From assembly GCA_050015395.1 (NCBI GenBank), contig JBEKBM010000006.1, positions 51,235 through 115,234 on the forward strand: a DNA stretch of 64,000 nucleotides, given 5' to 3'. Each line of letters starts with the position of its first letter. Position 1 is the stretch's first letter. Positions 29,539 through 39,246 of this stretch are shown in pieces. This DNA is from Candidatus Bathyarchaeia archaeon. Lineage in GTDB: Archaea > Thermoproteota > Bathyarchaeia > Bathyarchaeales > Bathycorpusculaceae. A program made the translations under genes and the position numbers. Under the pieces are notes generated by a model. That model made no database searches. It saw only the letters and a list, made by a program, of their open reading frames with translations, and was not told the origin of the DNA.

Positions 29539-29706
29539 CTATTCTTCTTCTTTCTTCCAGTCTTTGTCTTTCTTCCAGTCTTTATCCATCCATTTAGGGT
29601 TCATCCAATGCATTTTCGGCATCCATTCCTTTGAAGCTTCCATTAGAGCCTCGTTTATTTCCACTTCAAGGGTTATTTTCAATTTTCCCTTCTTTTCTTC
29701 ACTCAT
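29539..29706 (-). CDS. Small protein with Met/Trp/Lys-rich tail (55 aa; not in ORF track)
   Basis: MSEEKKGKLKITLEVEINEALMEASKEWMPKMHWMNPKWMDKDWKKDKDWKKEEE; strong GGAGGTGA RBS; T-tract after stop. Confidence 0.75.
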   Translation of the reverse strand: MSEEKKGKLKITLEVEINEALMEASKEWMPKMHWMNPKWMDKDWKKDKDWKKEEE

Positions 29707-29951
29707 CTATTTCACCTCCTTCAATTTTGTGGGGGCGCGCCTCGTTTAAAGCTCAATAGCCGTATCTGCATCGTAGTCAATGTACCTGACGCTTAGAGAT
29801 CCTGCCAAAAGTAGCAAACTCAGTTTCTTGGTGGCTGAATATAGCATATGTCAAAAGCGAAAATTAAGTCTATTCCTAACAATATAGCATGTCGTGCGCG
29901 GGCGTGGGCGTTCGCAAAGCTTTAATGTTGAGTAGTTATACATGTATAATC

Positions 29952-30158
29952 ATGAACGCAAAGGCGAAAGTCAAGTGTTGGGGAAATTCGCTAGGTATAG
30001 TGCTACCCAAAACACTGGTCGAGGAAGAAGGGCTCAAGGAAGGAGAAGAAGTCGAAGTAACAGTAAGAAAAGTGTCTGACGTGCGTAGTTTTAGAGGCAA
30101 ATATCCTTTCAAGGACCTGCAGCATGAGAAAGACGAAATGAAACGCGGCTGGGAATGA
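29952..30158 (+). CDS. vapB: AbrB/MazE-type antitoxin
   Basis: KVKCWGNSLGIVLPK...GLKEGEEV; directly upstream of a PIN gene. Confidence 0.88.
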   Translation: MNAKAKVKCWGNSLGIVLPKTLVEEEGLKEGEEVEVTVRKVSDVRSFRGKYPFKDLQHEKDEMKRGWE

Positions 30159-30159
30159 T

Positions 30160-30543
30160 TTGCAGAAAACTACAAGGTTCTTCTATGACACCTATGCTGT
30201 TCTGGCATACCTTAGCGATAACCCAAAATACGGGTTTTTCTTTGAAGAAAATGATGGTTTTTTAACGAAGCTCAATTTACTGGAAATATATTACCGAACT
30301 CTTGAGGTTCACGGAGCGAAAGCCGCTTCTCAAGTAGTTAAAGTGTTTGCCAAATATGTATTGGACTTTGGAGTAGCTGACATTGAAGGTTCAATGAAAC
30401 TTCGGTTGAAGCTAAAGAAAAATGGCCGCAGCATATCTTACGCTGATGCCCTTGGATACTATCTTGCATTAAAGTCTAACGTAAAATTTTTGACTGGAGA
30501 CAAATGGTTTAAAGGATTAGAAGGCGTTGAATTCGTCGTCTAA
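30160..30543 (+). CDS. vapC: PIN-domain toxin
   Basis: YDTYA, LLEIYY, SYADA, LTGD acidic tetrad. Confidence 0.88.
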   Translation: MQKTTRFFYDTYAVLAYLSDNPKYGFFFEENDGFLTKLNLLEIYYRTLEVHGAKAASQVVKVFAKYVLDFGVADIEGSMKLRLKLKKNGRSISYADALGYYLALKSNVKFLTGDKWFKGLEGVEFVV

Positions 30544-30683
30544 ACCAAGCTTTCTGTAGAGAAATAAAGAGAGCCGAAAATTGTGTAATTGAATCCATCG
30601 GAACCCAGAATCTAAAATGCGTCAAAGCATTAAGAAAATAACTGCTTTAAATTTGAAGTGTCCGCATTCGTATCGATGATTGC

Positions 30684-31745
30684 TTATGATTTGCACTTTG
30701 GTTGTTGTTGTGAGATGCAGTGAATTGCCCCAAACCCACATATCAAGTCAACACAATTTATGCCGACAACTTTTCTTTTCGGGAATAGTTCTTGCAGAAT
30801 AGATAATGCTATCTTGTCGTTCCCGTGTTCAAAGGTTGGAACCAAAACTGTTTTGTTGCCTATGTAAAAGTTTGTGTAGCTTGCGGGGAGTCTTTTTTTG
30901 TTGCACTCGATGTTTCCTGGCATGGGCAGCTTGACAATGTTTAGTTTCTTGCCATCTTGGTCAGTGGATTGGCAAAGTATGTCATAATTTTTTCTTAAGG
31001 CGTCTGCATTCTCATCGTTGCCTTCTTCATAAGCGCACACAACTGTCGTCGGGTTAACAAACCGTGCAAGATCGTCCACATGACCATCTGTATCATCTCC
31101 AGCGATACCACTTTTCAACCAAATTATGTGAGCCACGCCCAGATAGTCTTGTAAGAATTTCTCGATTTTTTCTTTGTTAAGGTGAGGATTTCTGTTCTTG
31201 TTTAGTAGACACTGTTCAGTTGTGAGCAGGGTTCCTTTTCCGTTGACATCTATTGATCCGCCCTCCAGAACGATGCCTGGTTCAAAACAGTTCAAGCGCA
31301 TCTCGTGATTTATTATGCGTGCGATCTGCTTGTCTTTCAAAAGTTCTTCGTATTTTTCTCCCCAAGAATTAAAAATCCAGCGCACCATTGCTAACTCTTG
31401 GTTTCTGTTCCTCACAAATATCGGACCGTAATCTCTAAACCATACATCGGCGTAATCAAATTCAAAAAAACGTATTCTCTTTAAATCAATCTCTTTTTTT
31501 ACAAACAAACCTGTTATCTTTTCCTTCATGACCTCATCTTTCACAAAAAGATTAACGTATTCATCTTCATGGAGTAGCTGCACGATTTGAACGTAAGTTT
31601 CCTCGACTTTCTCGACGCCGGACGTAAAGGTTGTAGGGTCATGTGGCCACGCTAACCAGACTGCCTCATGCTTACACCATTCTGCGGGCATGCAGTATCC
31701 TAGTTCGCGGGGCGTCTTGTTTGAAGACGTATTTCCAGTCCTCAT
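30684..31745 (-). CDS. aguA: Agmatine deiminase
   Basis: MPAEW, WFRDYGP, EGGSIDVNG, DDTDGHVD, ASYTNF, GAIHCISQQ. Confidence 0.95.
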   Translation of the reverse strand: MRTGNTSSNKTPRELGYCMPAEWCKHEAVWLAWPHDPTTFTSGVEKVEETYVQIVQLLHEDEYVNLFVKDEVMKEKITGLFVKKEIDLKRIRFFEFDYADVWFRDYGPIFVRNRNQELAMVRWIFNSWGEKYEELLKDKQIARIINHEMRLNCFEPGIVLEGGSIDVNGKGTLLTTEQCLLNKNRNPHLNKEKIEKFLQDYLGVAHIIWLKSGIAGDDTDGHVDDLARFVNPTTVVCAYEEGNDENADALRKNYDILCQSTDQDGKKLNIVKLPMPGNIECNKKRLPASYTNFYIGNKTVLVPTFEHGNDKIALSILQELFPKRKVVGINCVDLICGFGAIHCISQQQPKCKS

Positions 31746-32657
31746 TTATTGTGCCTCAGAATTATTTTCGGTTAGTTTATTGTACGTGTCTGGTCGCCGA
31801 TTTTTAAGGAACCCCCACCCTTCTTGGATCCTTTTATTTTTATTAAGATCCACCTTGACAACCAATACTTCCTCATTCGTATCGCTTGCTTCTTTAAGCA
31901 CTTTCCCAAAGGAGTCACATACGAATGAACCGCCCCAAAACTTTAGTTGCCCTTCCTCGCCTACCCTATTCACAGCAGCAACATGGACTCCATTCATTAT
32001 GGCGGTGGCACGTTGCACTGTTTTCCAAGCGTCATGCCAGTCCCCGTCTGGCGAGGTATAGCCTTTAATCCAGCCAATCGCTGTGGGATAGAATATGATT
32101 TCTGCGCCGTTTAACGCGTTGATTCTGGCGGGTTCAGGGAACCATTGGTCATAGCAGATGAGTACCCCCACAGAAGCGTAATGGGTTTTGTGCACAGAGT
32201 AACCTGAGTCGCCTGCTTCAAAATAGTTTTTTTCATAGAAAAACGGGTCATTTGGTACGTGTACTTTGCGGTAAGAGCCTAAAATTTTCCCGTCAGCATC
32301 AATTATGACCGCTGAGTTGTAGTATTTTCCGTTTGAATGTTTTTCAAAAATAGGCGCAATTATAACTATCTTGTTCTTTTTCGCCAGCTCTGAGAAAGCT
32401 CTTGTAGATTCCCCGGGAATCGTTTCAGCTAATTGACTAACGTCCTGTTTTTCTTCTTGCGGAAAATATTTGGTTCTGTACAGTTCTTGGAGGCAGACAA
32501 TTTGAGCCCCTCTTCGTGAAGCTTCTTCGATTCTTTCTATGGTCTTTTTCATATTGTCAGCTATGTTGTCTGAAACAGTCGTTTGAATAAGTCCAATATT
32601 AACGATTTTTTCTTCTGTTCCAAAATCGTTTGGGTCAACAGTATCAGTAGATTTCAT
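31746..32657 (-). CDS. aguB: N-carbamoylputrescine amidase (nitrilase superfamily)
   Basis: LQEL, YRKVHVP, EKNYF, ICYDQWFPE, YPTAIG, RRPDTY; adjacent to aguA. Confidence 0.9.
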   Translation of the reverse strand: MKSTDTVDPNDFGTEEKIVNIGLIQTTVSDNIADNMKKTIERIEEASRRGAQIVCLQELYRTKYFPQEEKQDVSQLAETIPGESTRAFSELAKKNKIVIIAPIFEKHSNGKYYNSAVIIDADGKILGSYRKVHVPNDPFFYEKNYFEAGDSGYSVHKTHYASVGVLICYDQWFPEPARINALNGAEIIFYPTAIGWIKGYTSPDGDWHDAWKTVQRATAIMNGVHVAAVNRVGEEGQLKFWGGSFVCDSFGKVLKEASDTNEEVLVVKVDLNKNKRIQEGWGFLKNRRPDTYNKLTENNSEAQ

Positions 32658-32963
32658 TATCCTTCCTTAATCGCAACTATGTGAGGCTCTGGTCGTAATA
32701 ACTTTTCTGAGCCAAGACACAGAATACCACGATAGAATGCCCAAAACTAAAGCCTTCGCGCGTCTGAAAATGATATGTCAGGAAAAGAGTGCCTATATCC
32801 TATCACGTATCACACAAAAACAAGAGCACATTATGGAGTGAGTTAGATACAATGAGAGTACTCTAAAAGAGTATCTCCTTTTTCATTCGTGTTTTAATAG
32901 AGAATTAGCCACATCTGATAATGAACTGGAGAAACTTAATATTTACACACGCGATAGCTATAT

Positions 32964-33482
32964 TTGGGTTTCTTTATGAAGCGGAAACTTCTGGTAGCTA
33001 GTTTTGCCTTAATCTTAGCGGTAATTGCTGTCTTGTCAGCCTATCAAATCATTACTCCATCTTACTCGAATACTGTATCATCCAAGTTTTTTACAAAGGG
33101 CAGGGACGCTCCTTATGCAGCAGGAAGTTCGGTATCCTGCGAAATCACCATGCCAAAAACCGCTGTCCTGACTGGAAGCTTCATTACAAACAATAGCGTA
33201 TCATTCTACATCTTGACCTCAGAAGAATACTCTGAACAATCTCCTAGTTTTTCAGGCTCAATATCATATTATTATACTACTGGAGATGTTTCTTCAGCCA
33301 TGGTAAATGTGACGTTGCCAGCTGCAACATATTACCTACTTTTCGCATTCAAGAGCAGTAGCGAGACCATACCTACAGCCGAAAATGTTACTGGAATTGG
33401 TAGTAACACTGGAATTGGTAGTGAACCCGTATGCACAATGCTTAGTATCACGCAGAGTTTCGTTGCAACATCCATATCGTGA
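32964..33482 (+). CDS. Hypothetical exported protein
   Basis: Basic + hydrophobic N-terminus, Ser/Thr-rich beta-like body. Confidence 0.6.
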   Translation: MGFFMKRKLLVASFALILAVIAVLSAYQIITPSYSNTVSSKFFTKGRDAPYAAGSSVSCEITMPKTAVLTGSFITNNSVSFYILTSEEYSEQSPSFSGSISYYYTTGDVSSAMVNVTLPAATYYLLFAFKSSSETIPTAENVTGIGSNTGIGSEPVCTMLSITQSFVATSIS

Positions 33483-33550
33483 GGTCAAAATTTAATCCAA
33501 GCGCCACGCTCTGAATCTAAGTCGGTTTAGGATGGTCGCAATAATTACTA

Positions 33551-33824
33551 GTGTGTTTTTAGCTGGTGCTTTTAGTCCAAGTAATTGTGTTATGCTTTTA
33601 GCATTCTTATTTCAATAGTAAATAGTACCCTCCCTCCCACTTCTGGAAGAGCTCGTTTTGGATTGCTTTTTTGGTTTAGGGCTTGAATTAGCGTTAGGCT
33701 GAAGTATTTTCTGTAAATTTGGTATATAAAGAGGTAAAAAGGCATTAAAGAGTGATTGCTTGTGAGCCTGCAATGTTTAAAACCAAATTGCAAACAGGTA
33801 AATCGAACTGTCCTAAATACACAT
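33551..33824. mobile_element. 274-bp MITE, copy 1
   Basis: Ends GTGTGTTTTTAG...CTAAATACACAT (imperfect 12-bp TIR); perfect 8-bp direct repeat AATTACTA at 33543-33550 and 33825-33832; near-identical to 60867-61140. Confidence 0.88.
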
Positions 33825-34043
33825 AATTACTATATTTCATGAGGGTTTTCGTGGTCTGCCATTTTTCATGTAATATACCAAACATACTGTTATGCGTTGG
33901 TCGTATCTGGTAGTCAGTTTGGAGACGACGTGAATCTGCCTAAATTAACACGGTTTAAGCATGTATTGATTGGAAATTATTCACCTATTTTCGCAGGTTG
34001 TCAAGCGATTATAGAAAAGTTTCATAAGGTCTCTTTCTCATAA

Positions 34044-34520
34044 ATGTTCAGGGGTATTGGGATGCTTTCAACAAGCTTGGATGATTTGGACAAGCGTATA
34101 CTTAAGCTGTTGCAATTTAATGGCCGGCTTTCTTTTGCAGATCTTAGCCGTGAACTAGATGCCGCTGAAGCCACAGTTAGATTTCGAGTTAACCGGCTTG
34201 TAAGCAACGGTGTCATCACTCGATTTGCAGCATTGCTTGATCCAGCTAAAGTTGGTATGAAAGTGAGCGGAGCAATCCTGCTCAAAATTGATCCAGCCTA
34301 TTTGGAAGAAGCTTGCAAGCAATTAGTTTCATTTAGCGAAACGCAGTACTTGTTTCAAAGCACCGGTGAATACGACGTGGTTTCTGTAATTGTTGCCCGA
34401 GACATGGAACACCTTAATAACTTAATTAAAAAGACCAAGATTATTCCAGGTGTAAAAGATGCACGGGTATCAGTGACAACGAGGTTTTTGAAATTTGACC
34501 CCAGCATCATCCTGTTATAA
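34044..34520 (+). CDS. Lrp/AsnC-family transcriptional regulator
   Basis: LDDLDKRIL...GRLSFADL HTH; STGEYD RAM domain. Confidence 0.9.
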   Translation: MFRGIGMLSTSLDDLDKRILKLLQFNGRLSFADLSRELDAAEATVRFRVNRLVSNGVITRFAALLDPAKVGMKVSGAILLKIDPAYLEEACKQLVSFSETQYLFQSTGEYDVVSVIVARDMEHLNNLIKKTKIIPGVKDARVSVTTRFLKFDPSIILL

Positions 34521-34693
34521 TCTAATTCAGCGAAGCTAAGGCTTCCGTTTCTTGCTGAATTAGCAAGAATTGTCGTCTAACTCTTAGTTTTCCGCAAGGT
34601 TAATACGTAAAGCAATGCCAACTATCGCAGTAAAGAGCTAAATCCTAAGGAATAAGTAATCGCTTTAAAAACCAAGCTTGACTTCAAGGTGAA

Positions 34694-35251
34694 ATGGTGA
34701 AAGAGAACACTGGTCAGATTAAAGATGAGAAATGTAAAAATTCAGAGGCAAAACTCAATTCACATGATTCTACAACATCATCGCTCATAAGTCTCGACGA
34801 AACTGACAGAATAATACTGCAGATGCTTCAAGATGACTTCCCCATTGTGCAAGAACCCTGGCTCGAAATAAGCAACAGGCTCAAAATCAGTGAAGGCGAA
34901 GTTATATCGCGTTTAAAGCGGCTTATTGAAGCTGGTGCCATCGTAAAGATAGGTCCAATCTTTGATGCTTCAAGAATCGGTTTAAAGGCAGCTACTTTAG
35001 TCGCATTGAGGGTACCAAAAAACAAAGTGAATGATGTTGCTCGTGTCATAAACGAATATGATAACGTTTCCCACAATTACGAACGTGAGGACGAATATAA
35101 CGTATGGTTTACTCTTGCTGCGTCAAGTAATAGCGAATTAGCCATGATACTGGATGAGATCAAGCAAAAAACAGACACCAAAGATCATGATATACTTGAC
35201 TTGCCTACCATCCGTCGCTTTAAGATAAACGTACATTTCCAACTAACCTAA
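34694..35251 (+). CDS. ahbA: Siroheme decarboxylase alpha subunit
   Basis: LQDDFPIVQEPW, IGPIFD, ATLVA, VSHNYER, YNVWFTL, FKINV. Confidence 0.9.
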   Translation: MVKENTGQIKDEKCKNSEAKLNSHDSTTSSLISLDETDRIILQMLQDDFPIVQEPWLEISNRLKISEGEVISRLKRLIEAGAIVKIGPIFDASRIGLKAATLVALRVPKNKVNDVARVINEYDNVSHNYEREDEYNVWFTLAASSNSELAMILDEIKQKTDTKDHDILDLPTIRRFKINVHFQLT

Positions 35252-35275
35252 ACAAACTTTTAAGGTGAAAGAAAA

Positions 35276-35809
35276 TTGGATGAAATTGACCATAAACTTT
35301 TAGCTGGCATGGAAAAAGGCATTACTTTGACAACAGAGCCTTTCAAAGAGATTGCCCTTCAGCTAGGAATCACACCGAAAGAAGTCGTCACTCGCCTATG
35401 TAAACTTAAAGAGAAAGGCGTAATCAGGCGATTTGGCGCTTCAATAAAACCTAACAACATTGGTTTCTCGGCAAATGCCCTTGTAGCTTGGAAGGTGCCT
35501 GAAAACCGCGTTCAAGAAATAGGAGTTTATTTGTCAAAATATCAAGAAATCTCACACTGCTACGAGCGCAAAACTGTCAATGGAAGATGGGACTACAATC
35601 TCTACGCAGTTATACATGGAAGAGAACGAGAAGTTGTTCAGCGTATGGTTAAGGAAATCTCAGAGGGAATCGCAATAAACGAATACAAAATATTGTACAG
35701 CACAAGAGACCTTAAAAGAACAAATGTCAGCCTTGGCAGCTCCGCCATGATTCCAGCAAAAGCTTCTGCTATTTTGCCTTACGATTTTCGGGAGATGAAC
35801 GATCCTTGA
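35276..35809 (+). CDS. ahbB: Siroheme decarboxylase beta subunit
   Basis: IRRFGA, GFSANALVAW, SHCYER, WDYNLYAVIHG, LYSTRDLKR. Confidence 0.9.
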   Translation: MDEIDHKLLAGMEKGITLTTEPFKEIALQLGITPKEVVTRLCKLKEKGVIRRFGASIKPNNIGFSANALVAWKVPENRVQEIGVYLSKYQEISHCYERKTVNGRWDYNLYAVIHGREREVVQRMVKEISEGIAINEYKILYSTRDLKRTNVSLGSSAMIPAKASAILPYDFREMNDP

Positions 35810-36954
35810 TTAACATTACAAAACTTTGGTGTGGCACTCCAGGCTCTATGGATCACTTACGATATGGCGTTGCAACTCACCAAAGACCAGTTGTTGTTTG
35901 GAACACTACCAGACGCTGTAACCTCAATTGCTTGCACTGCTATTCGAAGTCCGAGAATAAGATATACCCCAACGAATTAACGACGGATGAAGCTAAAGCT
36001 TTTGTGAAAGATATAGCAGAGTTCGGTGTTAACGTACTGTTGTTTTCCGGCGGAGAACCATTGCTTAGACACGACCTTTTTGAAGTTGCACGTTTCGCTT
36101 CCGAAGCAGGCTTAAGAGCAGTGTTATCTACAAACGGCACACTAATTACAGAGAGCGTAGCAGGGCAATTAAAAAATGCAGGTTTTTCCTATGTGGGAAT
36201 TAGTTTAGATGGGATAGGCGAAACTAACAACAAGTTTAGAGGCAAAAAAGAAGCCTTCGAGCTGGCAGTTGAAGGAATCCGGAACTGCCTTAAAGCGGAG
36301 GTTAAAACGGGCTTACGCTTTACCGTCACTAAATATAATTTCAAGGACCTTCCTGAAATTTTCGAGCTCATTGAAGCTGAAGGACTCCCTCGAGTATGCC
36401 TTTATCACTTAGCATACGTGGGGCGAGGAACCGAAATTACAAATGAGGATCTTACGCATGAACAGACAAGGGAGTTCATGGATTACGTTTTAAAGAAAGC
36501 CGAGACTTTCCACAAGAAAGCCTTAAACACCGAAATCTTAACCGTTGACAATCATGCAGATGCAGCGTATTTGTACCTTAAACTGAAAAAAAAGGACCCG
36601 AAAAAAGCTGCAGAAGCGCTTCAACTTCTAAAGGTAAATGGCGGCAACAGCTCGGGCACAGGGATAGCTTGCGTTGATTTTAATGGTTATGTGCATCCAG
36701 ATCAATTCTGGCAACATTACTCACTAGGTAATATCCGAACACGCAAATTCAGCCAAATCTGGGCAGACAACTCCGAACCGTTGCTTCAAGCTCTCAGGAA
36801 CAGAAAAATTCAACTCCACGGAAAATGTACAGAATGCCGATTTCTTGATATCTGTAACGGCAACCTCAGAGTTAGAGCGGAAGCAGTTTATGGAGACACA
36901 TGGGCACCTGACCCTGCCTGCTACTTAACACCGCAAGAAATAAAGCGCGATTAA
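35806..36954 (+). CDS. ahbC: Fe-coproporphyrin synthase (NirJ1-type radical SAM/SPASM)
   Basis: PVVVWNTTRRCNLNCLHCY, YHLAYVGRG, TVDNHAD, GGNSSG, HPDQFW, ICNGNLRVRA, DPACYL. Confidence 0.92.
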   Translation: MINITKLWCGTPGSMDHLRYGVATHQRPVVVWNTTRRCNLNCLHCYSKSENKIYPNELTTDEAKAFVKDIAEFGVNVLLFSGGEPLLRHDLFEVARFASEAGLRAVLSTNGTLITESVAGQLKNAGFSYVGISLDGIGETNNKFRGKKEAFELAVEGIRNCLKAEVKTGLRFTVTKYNFKDLPEIFELIEAEGLPRVCLYHLAYVGRGTEITNEDLTHEQTREFMDYVLKKAETFHKKALNTEILTVDNHADAAYLYLKLKKKDPKKAAEALQLLKVNGGNSSGTGIACVDFNGYVHPDQFWQHYSLGNIRTRKFSQIWADNSEPLLQALRNRKIQLHGKCTECRFLDICNGNLRVRAEAVYGDTWAPDPACYLTPQEIKRD

Positions 36955-36967
36955 GAAGGCAAACAGC

Positions 36968-38020
36968 ATGAACGCAACCGACAAATCACGCTCATCCGAA
37001 ACGCAAGAAGTTGCACCTAGAGTTATGGCTTGGGAATCCACGCGTGCCTGCAATTTTGCATGCGTTCACTGTAGAGCTGAAGCACAAAGAGAGCCTGATC
37101 CAAAACAACTCACAACCCAAGAAGCACTAAATTTGGTAGATCAAATCGCCGAGTTATGCAAGCCAGTTTTCATTATAAGTGGCGGTGACCCTCTCCAGAG
37201 AAAAGACATCTTCGAAATCGCCTCATACGCTTCCAGCTTAGGTTTACGAGTGGTTATGTCTCCAAGCGGCAGCAACCTGACAGCAGGCACCTTTGAAAAA
37301 TTGAAGACGGCTGGCGTAAAGATGATTTCACTTAGTCTTGACGGTTCGAGCCCTGAGATTCATGATAATTTCAGGCAGGTAACTGGCGCTTTCAATTTGG
37401 CTATGAAAAACATGTCGCTGGCTCGTCAAAGCGGATTTGCTTTTCGCGTTAACACAACTGTCACCCAGCATAACCTCAATGACCTCTTCAATATTCAAAA
37501 GGTAGCGGCTGAAATGGGCGCTCGTGAATGGGACGTCTTCATGCTGGTGCCGACGGGTCGCGGAAAGGTAAAGATGGAAATAACGCCAGACCAATATGAG
37601 GAGACTATTCAGTCTATTTATAAAGCAAGCCTCACATCGCCTATTCCGATTAAAATGACCTGTGCACCTCAATACATGAGAGTTATCGCTCAGCAGCAAA
37701 AAGAACCTCACCAGCCCCATACAGGCGGCAGAGGATGCATGGCTGGCAACGGTTTCTGCTTTATCTCACACGTCGGAGAAGTCTTCGGTTGCGGCTTCCT
37801 TCCAGTTCCAGCTGGCGATGTTAGGCAGCAAAAATTCAAGCAAATTTATCAGCAGTCTCCATTGTTTGTTCAACTGCGCAATCATGAATTGTTGAAAGGG
37901 AAATGTGGCAGGTGTGAGTACAGAGTGTTGTGTGGCGGTTGTCGTGCAAGGGCATTGTCAGTTAATAAGGGCTACTTAGAAGAGGAACCGTACTGCCTTT
38001 ACCAACCCAAAATGTTATGA
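36968..38020 (+). CDS. ahbD: AdoMet-dependent heme synthase (NirJ2-type radical SAM/SPASM)
   Basis: WESTRACNFACVHCRA, LVPTGRG, TCAPQY, GCMAG, CGGCRARA, EEPYC. Confidence 0.9.
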   Translation: MNATDKSRSSETQEVAPRVMAWESTRACNFACVHCRAEAQREPDPKQLTTQEALNLVDQIAELCKPVFIISGGDPLQRKDIFEIASYASSLGLRVVMSPSGSNLTAGTFEKLKTAGVKMISLSLDGSSPEIHDNFRQVTGAFNLAMKNMSLARQSGFAFRVNTTVTQHNLNDLFNIQKVAAEMGAREWDVFMLVPTGRGKVKMEITPDQYEETIQSIYKASLTSPIPIKMTCAPQYMRVIAQQQKEPHQPHTGGRGCMAGNGFCFISHVGEVFGCGFLPVPAGDVRQQKFKQIYQQSPLFVQLRNHELLKGKCGRCEYRVLCGGCRARALSVNKGYLEEEPYCLYQPKML

Positions 38021-38088
38021 GCTAGAAACCAAGCGTCTTGAGTAACCTTTGAAATAGTAAAAAAAAGGATGAAGATTATGTGTTTTAG

Positions 38089-39246
38089 TTAGATTTTGAA
38101 GTATTTAGCGTACAGCACTATGCCAATTGCTAGGATAGCTGCGCAAGACGCAGATACAACCGTCAAATCCAGGAGTACGGCTGGGCTTGTGACTGCTGCG
38201 CCTCTGAGGAAAAGAGACGTTAAAGCGTTTGTAACGTAGTAGCTGGGTACGAATTTGCCTGCAACTTGAGCGCCGGAAGACAGTGACGCACCAACAAATG
38301 TGCCGAGGAAAAGCTGTGGAAGCACGAAGAGGAAGCTTAAGCCTGTTGCTGCACCTGCGGATTTTGCGATTGTAGCTGTTATTAAGCCGAATCCCACGTT
38401 GGACAGTGAGAATATTAGCACCAGTACAAAAGCGAATGCGTAAGCGGGTATGCCGACGTTAGGTCTGAAACCTAAAGCATATATCATCATGAAAACCAGA
38501 GCTGCCTGGATTAACGCGATACCCATGTAGGATGCTACTTGGCTTGCCATGAACTCAGTCGGCGTTGTGGGTGAGATGCGGATGCGCTTCATCATGCCGT
38601 TTTCTCTATCTTGAGTGAATGATTGGGCAACCATCATTATGAGGAATATGGAAGCGAACGTGAACATGCCTGGGGCGATGAAGTCAAGTGCCGATGTGGT
38701 CTTTACTTCAACCAACGATGCGGTTTCCACGTGGAATGGGCTTTGGAGTGCTTGCTGACTTTGACCCGCTATGGCGGTGAGAACTTGTTGGATGATTGGC
38801 GGTATGGCTTGGGTGGCAACTAAAGAGCCTTTATCTAAATACAAAGAGACGGTGGCGTTTGTCCATTTTGACGGGTTATTGGGTGCAGCTTGATATGAAG
38901 CTAAGCTTTGGCTGAAATCCGTCGGAATAAGCATCACCGCTTGAACAGTGCCTTGCGACAAGTCGCTTTGAGCGGTTTGGTTGTTAGCGTATATGTGAAT
39001 ATTCAGTATCTTTGTGTTAGACAACGCTGTGACAAGTATCTGAGAAGCGTTTGAGTTTCCATTGTCCAAGTTGACTACGCCGATTTGATACGTAACTGTT
39101 TGGCTGCCGCCGACTCCGCCGAATGAAACTCCGAAAGCGAAAACGAACACTACTGGAAACAGGAAAATCATAAAAAGCACTGCGGGTTCGCGGACTGTTT
39201 TCATAATTTCTTTCTTGGTTAAAGCGGATATTCGCTGAAGCTTCAT
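38089..39246 (-). CDS. ABC-2 type transporter permease
   Basis: N-terminal TM, extracellular loop, DFIAPG, DRENGMMKR, multiple TMs. Confidence 0.9.
   Translation of the reverse strand: MKLQRISALTKKEIMKTVREPAVLFMIFLFPVVFVFAFGVSFGGVGGSQTVTYQIGVVNLDNGNSNASQILVTALSNTKILNIHIYANNQTAQSDLSQGTVQAVMLIPTDFSQSLASYQAAPNNPSKWTNATVSLYLDKGSLVATQAIPPIIQQVLTAIAGQSQQALQSPFHVETASLVEVKTTSALDFIAPGMFTFASIFLIMMVAQSFTQDRENGMMKRIRISPTTPTEFMASQVASYMGIALIQAALVFMMIYALGFRPNVGIPAYAFAFVLVLIFSLSNVGFGLITATIAKSAGAATGLSFLFVLPQLFLGTFVGASLSSGAQVAGKFVPSYYVTNALTSLFLRGAAVTSPAVLLDLTVVSASCAAILAIGIVLYAKYFKI

Noticed and set aside
33590-33793. 67-aa ORF repeated at 60906-61109
   Set aside because: Lies wholly inside the MITE; TTG start, no recognisable motif, and compensating indels between copies. 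Treated as non-coding.
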